This document shows, one piece after another, positions 10,533 to 20,577 of a stretch of DNA of 64,000 bases. Numbering within the stretch: the first letter of the stretch is position 1; every line of letters begins with the position of its first letter. Source of the DNA: an uncultured Thermoplasmata archaeon (GTDB taxonomy: Archaea > Thermoplasmatota > Thermoplasmata > Lutacidiplasmatales > UBA184); assembly GCA_963713145.1 (NCBI GenBank), contig CAVQKI010000007.1, forward strand, positions 40,435 to 104,434, written 5' to 3'. The notes beneath the pieces are model-generated. The model worked only from the letters and a program-made list of their open reading frames with translations. It did not search any database and had not been told where the DNA came from. Made by a program: the position numbers and the translations under genes.

Positions 10533-11300
10533 GTGGGCGAGCTCTGGTTCGTCGGGCTCGGCCTCGGGGACGAACGGGGCCTCTCGCGCCGCGCGATGGA
10601 GATCCTCTCCGCGAGCGAGGTCCTCGCCGAGGAGTATACTGCGGTCGCCCCTCCGGGAACGGTCGAGCGGTTGTCCGCCATCCTGGGGCGCGCCGTCGTG
10701 CCGTTGGACCGGGCGGCCCTCGAGTCGGAGACGCCCGTCCTGGAGGCCCTGGCCCGCTCGCCCCGGGTCTGCCTCCTCGTAGTGGGCGATCCGTTCGCCG
10801 CGACCACGCACGTCGCGCTGCGCCTCGCGGCGGAACGCGCGGGGCACACCTGGCACTACCTGCCGAACGCGAGCATCCTCACGGCGGCTGCCGGGTTCCT
10901 CGGCCTGATGCACTACCGGTTCGGTCGACCGGTCTCGCTGCCGCTACCCGCCGCGGGGTTCGCTCCGCGGTCCCCTCTCGAGCAGATCGAGGGGAACCGT
11001 TCCCGGGGCCTCCACACGCTGCTCCTGCTCGACCTCCGACCGCAGGAGGGCCGGTTCCTTGGCGCGGCAGAGGCGTTGGCGATCCTTCGGGAGCGTGACC
11101 CGGACTGCCGGGTCCTCCCCGAGGAAGCTCTCATCGCGGTCGCCGCCCGTGTCGGGCGCGACGACGCCGCCGGATTCTTCGGGCCGTTCGCTCGGCTGCG
11201 TCGGGTCGACTTCGGATCCCCGCTCCAGGCGATCGTCGTCCTGGCCCCGGAGCTGCACTTCGAGGAAGCTGCGGCCCTGGAGCGGTTCCGCTGCCCCTAA
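10533..11300 (+). CDS. dph5: Diphthine synthase
   Basis: LWFVGLGLGDE, EEYT, VGDPFAATTH, NASI, YRFGRPVSLP, GLHTLLLLD. Confidence 0.92.
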   Translation: MGELWFVGLGLGDERGLSRRAMEILSASEVLAEEYTAVAPPGTVERLSAILGRAVVPLDRAALESETPVLEALARSPRVCLLVVGDPFAATTHVALRLAAERAGHTWHYLPNASILTAAAGFLGLMHYRFGRPVSLPLPAAGFAPRSPLEQIEGNRSRGLHTLLLLDLRPQEGRFLGAAEALAILRERDPDCRVLPEEALIAVAARVGRDDAAGFFGPFARLRRVDFGSPLQAIVVLAPELHFEEAAALERFRCP

Positions 11301-11327
11301 CGGCGGGCTATCCTGGCCAGGGCGGCC

Positions 11328-11705
11328 TTACGCCCCGGGTTTGACGGCCTCGGCGAACTGTCGGATCCGGAACGGGCGTAGGAGCACGACGTTCGGACCC
11401 ATGCCGGGCCCGGGCGTGGGTGGCGGTCGAGACGCCGGGGCGACCAGGATCACCCGGATCGTCGGGAGCACGGTCCGAGCCTCGGCGATGAGATTCGAGG
11501 AACTTCCCTCGGCCAGGTTGATGTCCGTGACGAGCAGCGCCGGATGGTGGTCCCGGAGGAGGGCGAGCGCCTGCACGGCTCCCTCGGCCTCCCCGTCGAC
11601 CCGGAAATGGTGGAGCCTCAGGAGCCCTCGCAGCAGGATCCGGGTCTCCTCGTCGCCGGCGGCGACGACAGCCGTCCTATCCTGGCCGTCCGACGCGCTC
11701 AGCAC
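11328..11705 (-). CDS. Stand-alone atypical response-regulator receiver domain
   Basis: CheY-like pattern DEETRILLRGLL...LLVTDINL...VILV...LRPF. Confidence 0.7.
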   Translation of the reverse strand: MLSASDGQDRTAVVAAGDEETRILLRGLLRLHHFRVDGEAEGAVQALALLRDHHPALLVTDINLAEGSSSNLIAEARTVLPTIRVILVAPASRPPPTPGPGMGPNVVLLRPFRIRQFAEAVKPGA

Positions 11706-11786
11706 CCGGGACCACCTCTCCGAAGGCGGGTGACGGTTCGGCCCGCTCGGGAGATAGATGGGCGCACCTTGTCCATCTACTTGTGC

Positions 11787-13352
11787 CTAACCCTGCTCGG
11801 CCGAATTCGGCGCCGAAAGGGTTCCCCAGTCCGCCACTCCCGCCGCGTGGAGAAGTTCGTCCAGCGCCCCGTGGTAACCGGCGGCCTGCGCGTTCAGGAC
11901 GGCCTTCGCCTTCGTCTCGAGCGCCTGGCCGAACTCCTTCTCCGTCGGGGAGAACTGCCACGCGTGGGAGACGCCCCGTCCCAGCGCGAGGAGGAACCCG
12001 TAGGCGATGCCTCGCTCCTTCCCGTCGCGGGGGATCGACTGCATGATCGCCCGCTCGGCGCCCGCGCCTCCGTGGGTCCGGAACTGGCGGGCGACGCGGT
12101 CCACCCATTCCGCCTCCCGGACGAGTCGGGAGTAGCGGGGAAGGGTGTCGAGCAGCTCGCGGTCGGCGCTCATCCGGGCGGCCCGCTTGATGATCTCCGA
12201 GACCCGGCCCGGCGAGGCCCGGGCCTCCTCGACCCAGCGCCGGGCCTCCTCCGGGTCGGGCACGATGGTCCGCACGATCTCCTCGGCGTTGTCCGCCCAG
12301 AGCTTCTCGAGCGCCCGACTGGCGGCGGGCTCGTCCAGCTCGAAGAGCCCGCGGTGCCCGCTCAGGACCGCCTCCAGGGCGTTCCGTTCCACCGGGGTCG
12401 GGTGCAGGGCGTCGAGGAACGCCGTGAGGTCGCCCCCGTAGCAGACCCCGGCGGCGACGAACGTGCGTCGGTCCGTTCGGTCGATCCGGGGGCGAAGCTC
12501 GTCGAGGTACGCGTCAAGGAGCTGGCCGTCGGAGAGCCGGCCGACGACGTATCGCTTCAGGAGAGCCCGCGGGAGGCCTGGAAGGACGGCGTGGATGCAC
12601 TCCGGGCCGCCCTGGCACCGGACGTTCAGGTACGCGTCGACCGGGAAGTCCCCCTCAGGGTCGGGGACGGCCGCCCCGTCGGAGAGGCTCGAGAGCAGGT
12701 GGCGGTCGTCCTTGGCGCACCGCCGGCAGACGCGGAACGTTCGCTCGGCCCCCGGCCAGGCGACCTCCAGGTACGGGCGGGATTCGTCCGCCGCGAGGTG
12801 AACGCAATCGAAACGGCCCTGCCCCTTGGTGTCCGTGAGTCGGTAGGGGAGGCTCTCGAGCCGTTCGGCGACGAACTCGGCCGGGGGCCGCGGAGACTTA
12901 CCCGAGCACCAGAGGGCTTTGCGAGTGGCGAAGAAGTGGAACCCTTTGCGCGCCCAGTCGACTTACCCGAGGATCAGTCGGGAGGGATCGTCCGATTGCT
13001 GGACCGCGACCTCGGCCTCCCGGTCCGCCCGGGAGAGCGGAGCGTAGGAGACCTCCCCGCCCGCCACGGCGAACGCAACGACGACCGGGACCGACGGCTC
13101 GAGGGCGAAGTGGAGAAGCCCCGCGTACGCCCGGGCCATGGGCTCCCCCCACTTCGAGAGCTTCGCGAGCCGTGGCTCGTCGTCCGCGGACGCGCGGACC
13201 TCCTCGAGCTCGGCGCGAAGCCGGTCGAACCGGTCCGAAGGGCAATCCGGCGTCCGTCGGGGAAGCAGCGGGTCCACGCTGCCGCGGAGCGCCTTCGCTC
13301 GGGCGACCAGATCCTGCTCCCGGACTCCCGACGCTTTCCGGATACGAGCCAT
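11787..13352 (-). CDS. Hypothetical protein (about 520 aa, Cys-containing) interrupted by one in-frame TAA at 12963-12965
   Basis: The 129-aa and 201-aa ORFs share a frame and read continuously across one stop (LILG*VDWARKGFHFF...VCRRC...ERNALEAVL). Confidence 0.7.
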
Positions 13353-13409
13353 GGTTCGCCCGGGCGCCCGAGTGGCGGGGGGTACATATTCCGGTGGGAG
13401 GGCGACGGA

Positions 13410-13973
13410 CTAGCGCCGGCAGAGGTCGACGAAATGCCGGAACATCTCGCGGCCTCCCTCGGTGTGCTCCACCTCGGGGTGGAACTGGACCCCCCAGATC
13501 GGTTTCGTGGGGTGCGCCATCGCCTCCACGGGGCAGGAAGAGGAGTGGGCGAGGACGGTCCAGCCTGCCGGAGGCACGGCGACCTGGTCGTTGTGGCTGG
13601 CCCAGACCTTGAGCTTCGGCGCGAGCCCCGCGAACAGCGGATGGTCGGGTCGATCGACCGTCAGTTCCACGGAGCCGAACTCCGGTCCGCCCCGGTCGAC
13701 GCGGCCGCCGAAGTGGCGGCCGAGGAACTGGTGGCCGACGCAGATCGCGAGGACCGGGACGGCCGTCCGGTCGATCCACTCGTCGACGGCCCCGAGCGGC
13801 CCGGCCGAGCCTTCCAGGCTCAGCGCTCCCCCCGAGAGCACGATCCCATCCGCGTTCATCGCCTCGTACGGGGTGGCGTTGGATACGATCCGGCTCTCGA
13901 CGCCCAAGTCGCGGAGTACCCGCCACTCCCGGTGGGTCCACTGGCCGCCGTTGTCCACGACGGGGATGATCAC
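13410..13973 (-). CDS. guaAA: GMP synthase subunit A (glutamine amidotransferase)
   Basis: VVDNGGQWTHR, LSGG, ICVGHQ, SHND, GVQFHPEV. Confidence 0.93.
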   Translation of the reverse strand: MIIPVVDNGGQWTHREWRVLRDLGVESRIVSNATPYEAMNADGIVLSGGALSLEGSAGPLGAVDEWIDRTAVPVLAICVGHQFLGRHFGGRVDRGGPEFGSVELTVDRPDHPLFAGLAPKLKVWASHNDQVAVPPAGWTVLAHSSSCPVEAMAHPTKPIWGVQFHPEVEHTEGGREMFRHFVDLCRR

Positions 13974-14336
13974 GGCCGCTCCTGGCGCGGGGCGCGCGTG
14001 TCGGGGCCCGAGCCGTCCGAACGGACGGTCCGCCGGATCTCGTCGACGCTCGTGCGGATCGAGTGGAGCTCGGTGCGCATCCTCAGCATCTCTTCCTCGA
14101 ACGGCGTGAACCCGGACTGGCTCATCAGCCGCTGCGAGATGTAGATCCCGATGAAGATCGCGCCGATGATCGAGACGATCGAGGTGAACACGAGCGAGAA
14201 GATGAACGCCAGGGGGTCCGCGAGCACGGCGCCGAGCGGGAGCGTGAAGAAGTGCGTGAGCTCCGCGATCTCGAGCAGGAGCAGGACCGACGATGACGAT
14301 CACCCAGACGATCGTGACGGAACGGGCAACCCTCAT
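13970..14336 (-). CDS. Small membrane protein with a C-terminal coiled coil (frameshift near 14285)
   Basis: Two hydrophobic segments then FEEEMLRMRTELHSIRTSVDEIRR; start/stop overlaps with both neighbours. Confidence 0.6.
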
Positions 14337-14926
14337 GGAGGACCCCCGGACCCGAAGTCCTGGAGCGGGAGGGGCTCGGGCAGCTGGCTGTCCGGCACGC
14401 TCGACGGGGCCGAGACCCCAGGGGTGTCCGAGGAAACGGCGATCGACAGCGTCTCGCCCGAGCCAGAGCCGGAGACGTAGAACGCCAGGATCCCGGCGTA
14501 ATCGGCCACCGCTCCGCTGACCGCATAGACGGCCGTTATGTTGATGGCGACCGGGTTCTGGGTCGAGTTGGCCCCGAGCTCGAGGACCTGCGTCTCGTTG
14601 GTCCACGTCCAGTTGGTCGGCCAGGCGAAGCTCCCGCCGTTCCAGGCAAATCCACTGGCCACGCCGATGGAGATGCTGTCGTACCGCACGCTAGAGCCGA
14701 CGGCCCGCACATAGAAGTGCGTGGTGCCGGACCCTGAGGCGCGGTCAACGATCAGGACGGCCTGCGCTTCGAGCGAACCGGGCGCGGGCGGGCCATTCGA
14801 TATCAGGACCGGGGTAAGGAGGACCAGGACGGAGAGGATCACCGCGGTGCCCACGAACGGCCAGGGGAACGCCGAGGCGAACCGTCCGTGGGACCGCCGG
14901 CCGATGGCAAGGTCGCTCTCGTTCAT
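14333..14926 (-). CDS. Membrane-anchored extracellular hypothetical protein
   Basis: N-terminal TM then a Ser/Thr/Asn-rich beta-type region with N-x-S/T sequons (NWT, NET, NST, NIT). Confidence 0.7.
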   Translation of the reverse strand: MNESDLAIGRRSHGRFASAFPWPFVGTAVILSVLVLLTPVLISNGPPAPGSLEAQAVLIVDRASGSGTTHFYVRAVGSSVRYDSISIGVASGFAWNGGSFAWPTNWTWTNETQVLELGANSTQNPVAINITAVYAVSGAVADYAGILAFYVSGSGSGETLSIAVSSDTPGVSAPSSVPDSQLPEPLPLQDFGSGGPP

Positions 14927-15498
14927 CGTGAATCCGACTTCCATCCCACGTAGAGCGAGTGCGGCACCGAGAGGTGGTCGAGGACCTTGCCGGCCAGGTA
15001 GCGGGTCGCGTCGTCCATCGTCACGGGCCGAAGGTAGTATGCGGGGGAGGCGACCAGGACGACGACCCCTAGTTCGCTCAGCACGGTCAGGTTCCGGAGG
15101 AGCGTCGTGGGGAACGGGGTCTCCCGGGGGACGACCACGAGCGGGCGGCGCTCCTTGAGGTGCACGTGCGCCGCGCGCGTGATCAGGGTGTCGGCTAGGC
15201 CGAGCGCGATCTTCGCCACCGTGTTAGCGGAGCACGGGACGACGACCATCGCTCGCGTGGGGTGGGACCCGCTGGCGATGGGCGCGGCGAGGTCGGTGTC
15301 GGCGTAGGAATGGGTCGCGAACCGCTCCAGCGCGGCCGATTCGATCCCCATCTCCTCGCGGAGGACGGCCCGCGCGCCTGCCGACGTGACGAGCGCTACG
15401 GGGACCTTGGCGGCGTGCAGGGCCTCGAGCACCCGCACCGCGATCGGGGCGCCGCTGGCCCCGGTCACTCCGACGACTACGGGAGGTTCTTCCGCCAC
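14923..15498 (-). CDS. ubiX: Flavin prenyltransferase UbiX
   Basis: VGVTGASGA, APIASGS, VVPCS, LITRAA, LKERRPLVVVPRETP. Confidence 0.93.
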   Translation of the reverse strand: MAEEPPVVVGVTGASGAPIAVRVLEALHAAKVPVALVTSAGARAVLREEMGIESAALERFATHSYADTDLAAPIASGSHPTRAMVVVPCSANTVAKIALGLADTLITRAAHVHLKERRPLVVVPRETPFPTTLLRNLTVLSELGVVVLVASPAYYLRPVTMDDATRYLAGKVLDHLSVPHSLYVGWKSDSR

Positions 15499-15565
15499 AA
15501 GGGGTCCCCGATGTTAAATCGGTTCAACGACTCGGGCGATAAGACGGTTCGCGAGGCCGGATACG

Positions 15566-16730
15566 GTGGGGCATCGGGCGGCAGTGATCGGCGCCGGTCA
15601 CACCCGATTCGGTGTGCTGGAGGAGGGACCGCGGTCTCTCGTTCGCGCCGCGGTGAACCTGGCGATCGGGAGCGTCGACAAGGGGATCGAACGACTGATC
15701 GATCGGCCGGGGGTACCTCGCCACGCTCGGTTTCGGCGGCTGGCAGATCGGCAACGCCTCCGCTCTTCTCGGTGAGGAAGCCGGCGTTCCGGGACTTCCC
15801 AGCGCTCGGGTGGAGAACGCGTGCGCGTCCGGCGGGTTCGCGTTGCACGAAGCCGTGAACGCCATCCGGTCCGGCGAGGCCGAGGTCGCGCTCGTGGTCG
15901 GTCTCGAGAAGATGACTGACGTCTCGAACGCCCGGCGACGATACTGGCTGGGGGTCTCCGGGGACACGGAATGGGAACGACAGGCCGGGCTCACCTTCGC
16001 GGGCGTGTACGGGCTGATCGCGGACCGATACCTCTCCGTCCACTCGGTGCCGAGGGCGGCCTTGGGCGCGGTGGCCGTGAAGAACCACGGGAACGGGGCG
16101 CTCAATCCGAACGCACATTTCCAGAAGCTGGTCACTCCCGAGCAGGTCGCCGCCGCACCCCGAGTCGCCGACCCACTCGGTGTGTACGACTGCTGCCCGG
16201 TCAGCGACGGGGCGGCTGCGCTCCTACTGGCGTCCCCGGAGGTCGCTTCCCGGTTCACCGACGCTCCGGTCTACATCGAAGGGATCGGCGCGTCGTCCGA
16301 CACGCTCGCGGTCCAAGAACGGGCCGACATAACACGGTTCGACGCAACTCGGCGCGCGGCGGAAGGTGCGTTTCGTTCGGCCGACACCGAGCGGAGCAAG
16401 GTGTCGTTCCTCGAGGTCCACGACTGCTTCACGATCGCCGAGCTGCTTGGGCTCGAGGACCTCGGGTTCGCAGGCCGAGGCGAGGCTGGCGCGCTCACGC
16501 TGTCCGGCGCTACGGCCCGAGATGGGCGGCTGCCCGTGAACCCCGACGGGGGCCTGAAAGCGAAAGGGCATCCGATCGGCGCGACGGGAGTCTCGCAGGC
16601 GTACGAGGCCTTCCTGCAGCTGCGTGGCAACGCCGGCGCCCGCCAGGTCCCGAACGCCCGGATGGCGCTCACGCACAACGTCGGGGGCGCCGGAGCTACC
16701 GCCGCCGTCACGATCTTCTCGGTGGGGTGA
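15566..16730 (+). CDS. Archaeal acetoacetyl-CoA thiolase family protein (frameshift near 15710)
   Basis: VENACASGG catalytic Cys, EKM, VKNH, CPVSDGAAA, EVHDCF, KGHPIGATG, HNVGG. Confidence 0.9.
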
Positions 16731-16734
16731 ACCG

Positions 16735-17789
16735 ATGCGCGGGATACTGAAGGCGGCCGCGTACCAGCCCGGTTGGACCGATCGGGGCCGAAGGGTTCGC
16801 GCCCCGGACGAGGACGCGTTCTCGATGGCGGCGACCGCGGTCGAGCGCGCGGTCCACGGGAGCACGGCGGGTCCGTCGCGTTGGACGGTCCGAGTCACCA
16901 GCCCGGGTACTCGCGAACAGCTCGGATGGCTTCTCGGCCGTACTTGGGGGGGCCGTGGAGCTCCACGAAGGTCCGATGGGCCTGGCGGGGTTGACCGAAG
17001 AGATCTCCCAGGCGGTCCACGGTACCGGACCCCACCTGGTCGTGGCCGTCGACCTCAGACCTGGACGCTAGCGGTGCGGGTTCTGCGCGGGTCGTCCTGC
17101 CGACCGAGGGCGCCGTGGCATTCCTCGTCGATGAAGCGCCAGAGGGATCGCCCCCGCCGATCGACCTGGGGGCGCTTCCTCCCGGCCCCTACGTGATGCC
17201 ACGTCTCGCTGCCGTGCACCGGGTTCACGGTTCCGCCTCGCCCCTCCGCTGGGTGGGTGATTGGGATGCCGCTCTCGACAAGGGTCGCCCCGCGGGGCAA
17301 TGGGGTAACCTCGCGTCGGACCCGCCTCCCGTACGCGTGTCTGAGGGCGCGTACCTGCCGAAGCCGAGATACCTCGAAGGCAGAGCGAGCCGCTGGCGTC
17401 TCGTCGCTGACCACTGTACGGCGTGCGGGGCCGTCTCCTTTCCTTCGCGGGGGAGATGCCGGCAGTGCCTCCGGGACGACCGACTCAAGCCACACCCGCT
17501 TCCGATGGACGGCGGGACCGTTCTTGCCTCGACCTGGATCGGCCGAGGCGGCCAACCGACGGAGTTCGATGCGGCAGTCGAGGCGAGCGGACCCTACGGG
17601 GTAGTGATCGTCGAGCTCGAACCAGGTGTTCGGGCAACCCTTCCCGTGGCGGACGCCGCTGCCGGAGAGATTCGCATCAATGACCGCGTGGGAACTCGTC
17701 TGCGTCGCCTCTACGCCATCGACGGTGAGTGGAGATACGGGAGGAAGGCCGTCCCGCTCGGTCCCTCGAACGGACCGGATCCCCCTTGA
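16735..17789 (+). CDS. Degenerate HMG-CoA-synthase-like N-domain fused to a DUF35 (Zn-ribbon/OB-fold) domain (indels near 16900-16950)
   Basis: N-terminus GILKAAAYQP...PDEDAFSMAATA; C-terminus VSEGAYLP, CTACGAVSFPSRGRCRQC, PTEF, RLRRLY...YGRK. Confidence 0.75.
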
Positions 17790-17858
17790 AGGGGGGCACG
17801 AAACATCTTCGCGCGTCTACCTAACGCCGCGCGGCAGCTCTACCGCGGCCGTAGGAAT

Positions 17859-18077
17859 TCAGCCGAAGCCGGGAAGGTCCCGTGCCGAAGTGTTCGCCTC
17901 TCGACGGGTGTACGGCTCGGCGGCGATCCCCAGGTGCGTTGCGAGGGTTCGGAACGTGGTCACGAGCTGGTTGATCGCGGCCGCCATCTCCCGCTGCTCC
18001 TCCCGCAGTGTCTTGAGGTCCTCTCGGAGCGCACGGAGTTCGGCCTCCCAACGGTCACCTTCTTGCGGAAGCGGCAA
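17859..18077 (-). CDS. Small coiled-coil protein (72 aa)
   Basis: Heptad ELRALREDLKTLREEQREMAAAINQL; TTG start; AT-rich element about 35 nt upstream. Confidence 0.6.
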   Translation of the reverse strand: MPLPQEGDRWEAELRALREDLKTLREEQREMAAAINQLVTTFRTLATHLGIAAEPYTRREANTSARDLPGFG

Positions 18078-18233
18078 TTGAATCCCTCGCCACCGCCAAC
18101 TTCCGTCGATAGATTACGCCCCTCCCTTCGGAGGGTCGCCCGCTCGGCAGGCGTAGTCAGACCGCGAGCGAGGGCGCTCAAATGCCTCCGAACGGCTCCC
18201 TCGGCCACGGGCGGGTCACATCGGTGAGTCATC

Positions 18234-18264
18234 TTTATATCGAAATATCGATATCGGAATATCG
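18234..18264 (+). promoter_or_regulatory. TATA box plus ATATCG repeat array (putative PadR operator)
   Basis: TTTATAT at 18234-18240; four ATATCG copies (18237, 18245, 18251, 18259) forming a near-perfect 14-bp tandem repeat that abuts the ATG. Confidence 0.75.
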
Positions 18265-18687
18265 ATGTCGCACTGGGGAGCGCCCTGGTTTTCGCATCAC
18301 CGCCGGGGCCTGAGGACTGCCGTTCTTCACTTGCTTTCGAGCGGTCCGAAGTCGGGAGCCGAGATCATGGACGAGATGGAGCAGGTGACGCGAGGCTTCT
18401 GGCGGCCGTCCCCCGGATCGGTCTACCCTCTACTGGAGGAGATGGCCACGGAGGGCGTGCTCCGGCGGAACCCGGACGGCCGGTACGCCCTGACGGAGAC
18501 CGCGCGTTCTCAGGGCGGCTGGCCGTTCGGGGGATTTGGTCCCCGGAACGCACAGGACGCGGTGCGGGAGATCTCCGGCCTTGTAGCCTACCTCGAGGAC
18601 CTACGCACTTCCCAGGCAAAGGAGTTCGAGGCCGCCAAGCCGTTGCTGAAGAACACGGCTCAGCGACTTGATAACCTCGTGGCGTAG
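18265..18687 (+). CDS. PadR-family transcriptional regulator
   Basis: LRTAVLHLLS, GAEIM, WRPSPGSVYPLL, YALTE. Confidence 0.92.
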   Translation: MSHWGAPWFSHHRRGLRTAVLHLLSSGPKSGAEIMDEMEQVTRGFWRPSPGSVYPLLEEMATEGVLRRNPDGRYALTETARSQGGWPFGGFGPRNAQDAVREISGLVAYLEDLRTSQAKEFEAAKPLLKNTAQRLDNLVA

Positions 18688-18711
18688 GCGGAGTCCGCAC
18701 CGGAGTGTCTC

Positions 18712-19741
18712 ATGGCCGCATCGGCAGAACGGGGAACCATCGTGGCCGACCAGCTGACCCGGGTCTTCAATGGGAAGGTTCGGGCCGTGGACGGAGTCTC
18801 GTTCTCGGTCGCGAAGGGCGAGGTCTACGGGTTTCTCGGACCGAACGGGGCCGGGAAGACCACCACCGTGTCGATGCTGACGGCTGGACTGGGTGCAACC
18901 TCGGGACGGGCCATCGTGGACGGAGTCGATGTCCTTCGCCACCCCGAGGAGGTCAAGCGGCGGATCGGGATCGTCTTCCAGGAAATGACCTCGGACGGCG
19001 ACCTTACAGGTCGCGAGAACCTCGAGCTCTCCGCGGCCCTCTACGGCGTGCCGCGTGGCGAGGTCGCGGCCCGGGTCAATGGTCTGCTCGAGCGCATGCA
19101 GGTAGCAGATGCTGCCGACCGCCTCGCGAAGACGTACTCGGGAGGAATGCGACGGCGCCTGGAGCTCGCCGTCGGGACCGTCCACTCTCCCAGCGTTCTC
19201 TTCCTGGACGAGCCGACGCTCGGCCTCGACCCGCAGGGTCGCGCCGGGTTCTGGAAGGCACGTACAGGACCTCCGGCGGGACCACGGCATGACCGTCTTC
19301 GTCACCACGCACTACCTAGAGGAAGCGGACGGGATGTGCGACCGGATCGCGATCATCGACCACGGGCACATCGTGGCGAGCGGGACCCCGGCCGAGCTCA
19401 AGGACAAGTTGGGCGGAGATATCATCACGATCCGACCGACCCAGACCGACCAGAGCCTGGTCGACATTCTGCGTCCTGTCCCTGGCGTGCTCTCCGTCAG
19501 CGCCCAGGACGGAAGCGTCCGCGTGAAATGCCAGAACGGCGAGGGGCTCGTACCGACCCTCGTGGACGCCTGCACGAAAGCCCACGTCGGACTCGCCGGG
19601 GTTTCGCTGAAGCGGCCCAGCCTCGACGAGGTGTTCCTCGAGTTCACGGGACGGGAGTACCGTGAGGACGAGGGGCTGAGCGCGACCGACCGAGCGGTGA
19701 TGCTCGGACGGGTTCAGAACCGCCTCGGGGGCCGCCGATGA
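18712..19741 (+). CDS. ABC exporter ATP-binding subunit, DrrA-like (frameshift near 19258)
   Basis: GPNGAGKTT, YSGGMRRR, FLDEPT, TTHYLEEAD, PSLDEVFL. Confidence 0.92.
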
Positions 19742-20562
19742 TCCGCGAGCTGAGCGCCCTCACACGCCGGGAGCTGCTGCGGCTCGCCCGGAACCCCCAG
19801 GCGATCATGACCTCCCTTCTCCTGCCCATCCTCTATCTGCTCCTCTTCGGACAGGCGTTCAACCTGAGCGCCGCCGTTCCACCCATGGAGCTGTTGCTCC
19901 TGGTCCGTGGCGCTCCCACCTACTTCTCCTACTTCGCGGCGGGCATGGCGGGGTTCGTAGCGGTGACGGCGACTCTGTTCATCGGCGCAAACGTGATCTT
20001 CGACCGGCTGTTCGGCGTCCTCAAGCGGACCTCCTCGACTCCCGCGGGCGCCACGGCGATCTTCGGCTCCCGGCTCCTCGCCGGGATCATCCAGCCGGTG
20101 GGACTCGCGTTCCTCGTTCTGGGGCTGGCCGTTGCCCTAGGAAAGCTTGGTCTGAGCGGTCTGGACCTCACCGCCTCGCTCACGTTCGTGGGCGCGGCGG
20201 AGGTTGTGCTCGCGGTCCTGATCCTCTCGGTGATGTTCGCATCCCTGTTCCTGGCGATCGGGTTCACGATCGAGCAGCCCCAGACCTACTTCGCGGCCGT
20301 GAACGCGATCAACCTGCCCGTGCTGCTCACGTCCGCTGCGCTGTTCCCGTGGGGCTTGATGCCGGCCTGGTTCCGAAGCGTAGCGTCCTACAACCCGATC
20401 ACCCTCGCCGTGAACGTGATCCGTGAGAATCTGTTCGCGGGCGCGACCAGCTACTACCCCTACGACGCCTCGGTCTACCTGCTGGGCTTGACCGCGTGGG
20501 CGGTCGGGATCATCGTAGTGGCGATCCTGCTCGCGCGAAGGGCCCTGGCCCCGAAGGCGTAA
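19738..20562 (+). CDS. ABC-2 type permease
   Basis: Six TM segments, MPAWF...YNPIT; ATGA overlap with the ATPase gene. Confidence 0.88.
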   Translation: MIRELSALTRRELLRLARNPQAIMTSLLLPILYLLLFGQAFNLSAAVPPMELLLLVRGAPTYFSYFAAGMAGFVAVTATLFIGANVIFDRLFGVLKRTSSTPAGATAIFGSRLLAGIIQPVGLAFLVLGLAVALGKLGLSGLDLTASLTFVGAAEVVLAVLILSVMFASLFLAIGFTIEQPQTYFAAVNAINLPVLLTSAALFPWGLMPAWFRSVASYNPITLAVNVIRENLFAGATSYYPYDASVYLLGLTAWAVGIIVVAILLARRALAPKA

Positions 20563-20577
20563 CGGCCGAGAGCCGGC

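Noticed and set aside
12963-12965. Stop-codon recoding (Sec/Pyl or alternative code)
   Set aside because: The stop is TAA, which other genes here use as a normal stop; it differs from TAC by one base in a GTAC context.
11544-14144. Long antisense or alternative-frame ORFs (for example 866 aa here, 4853-6802, 22077-24320, 54623-56641, 62749-63879)
   Set aside because: Shadow ORFs expected from high GC3 codon bias; they are R/G/P-rich, lack motifs and overlap recognised genes.
18156-18162. Single GTCAGAC matching the core of the RHH operator, upstream of the 72-aa gene
   Set aside because: Only the 7-bp core matches, without the TT/AA flanks or a second site; several such matches are expected by chance in 64 kb.
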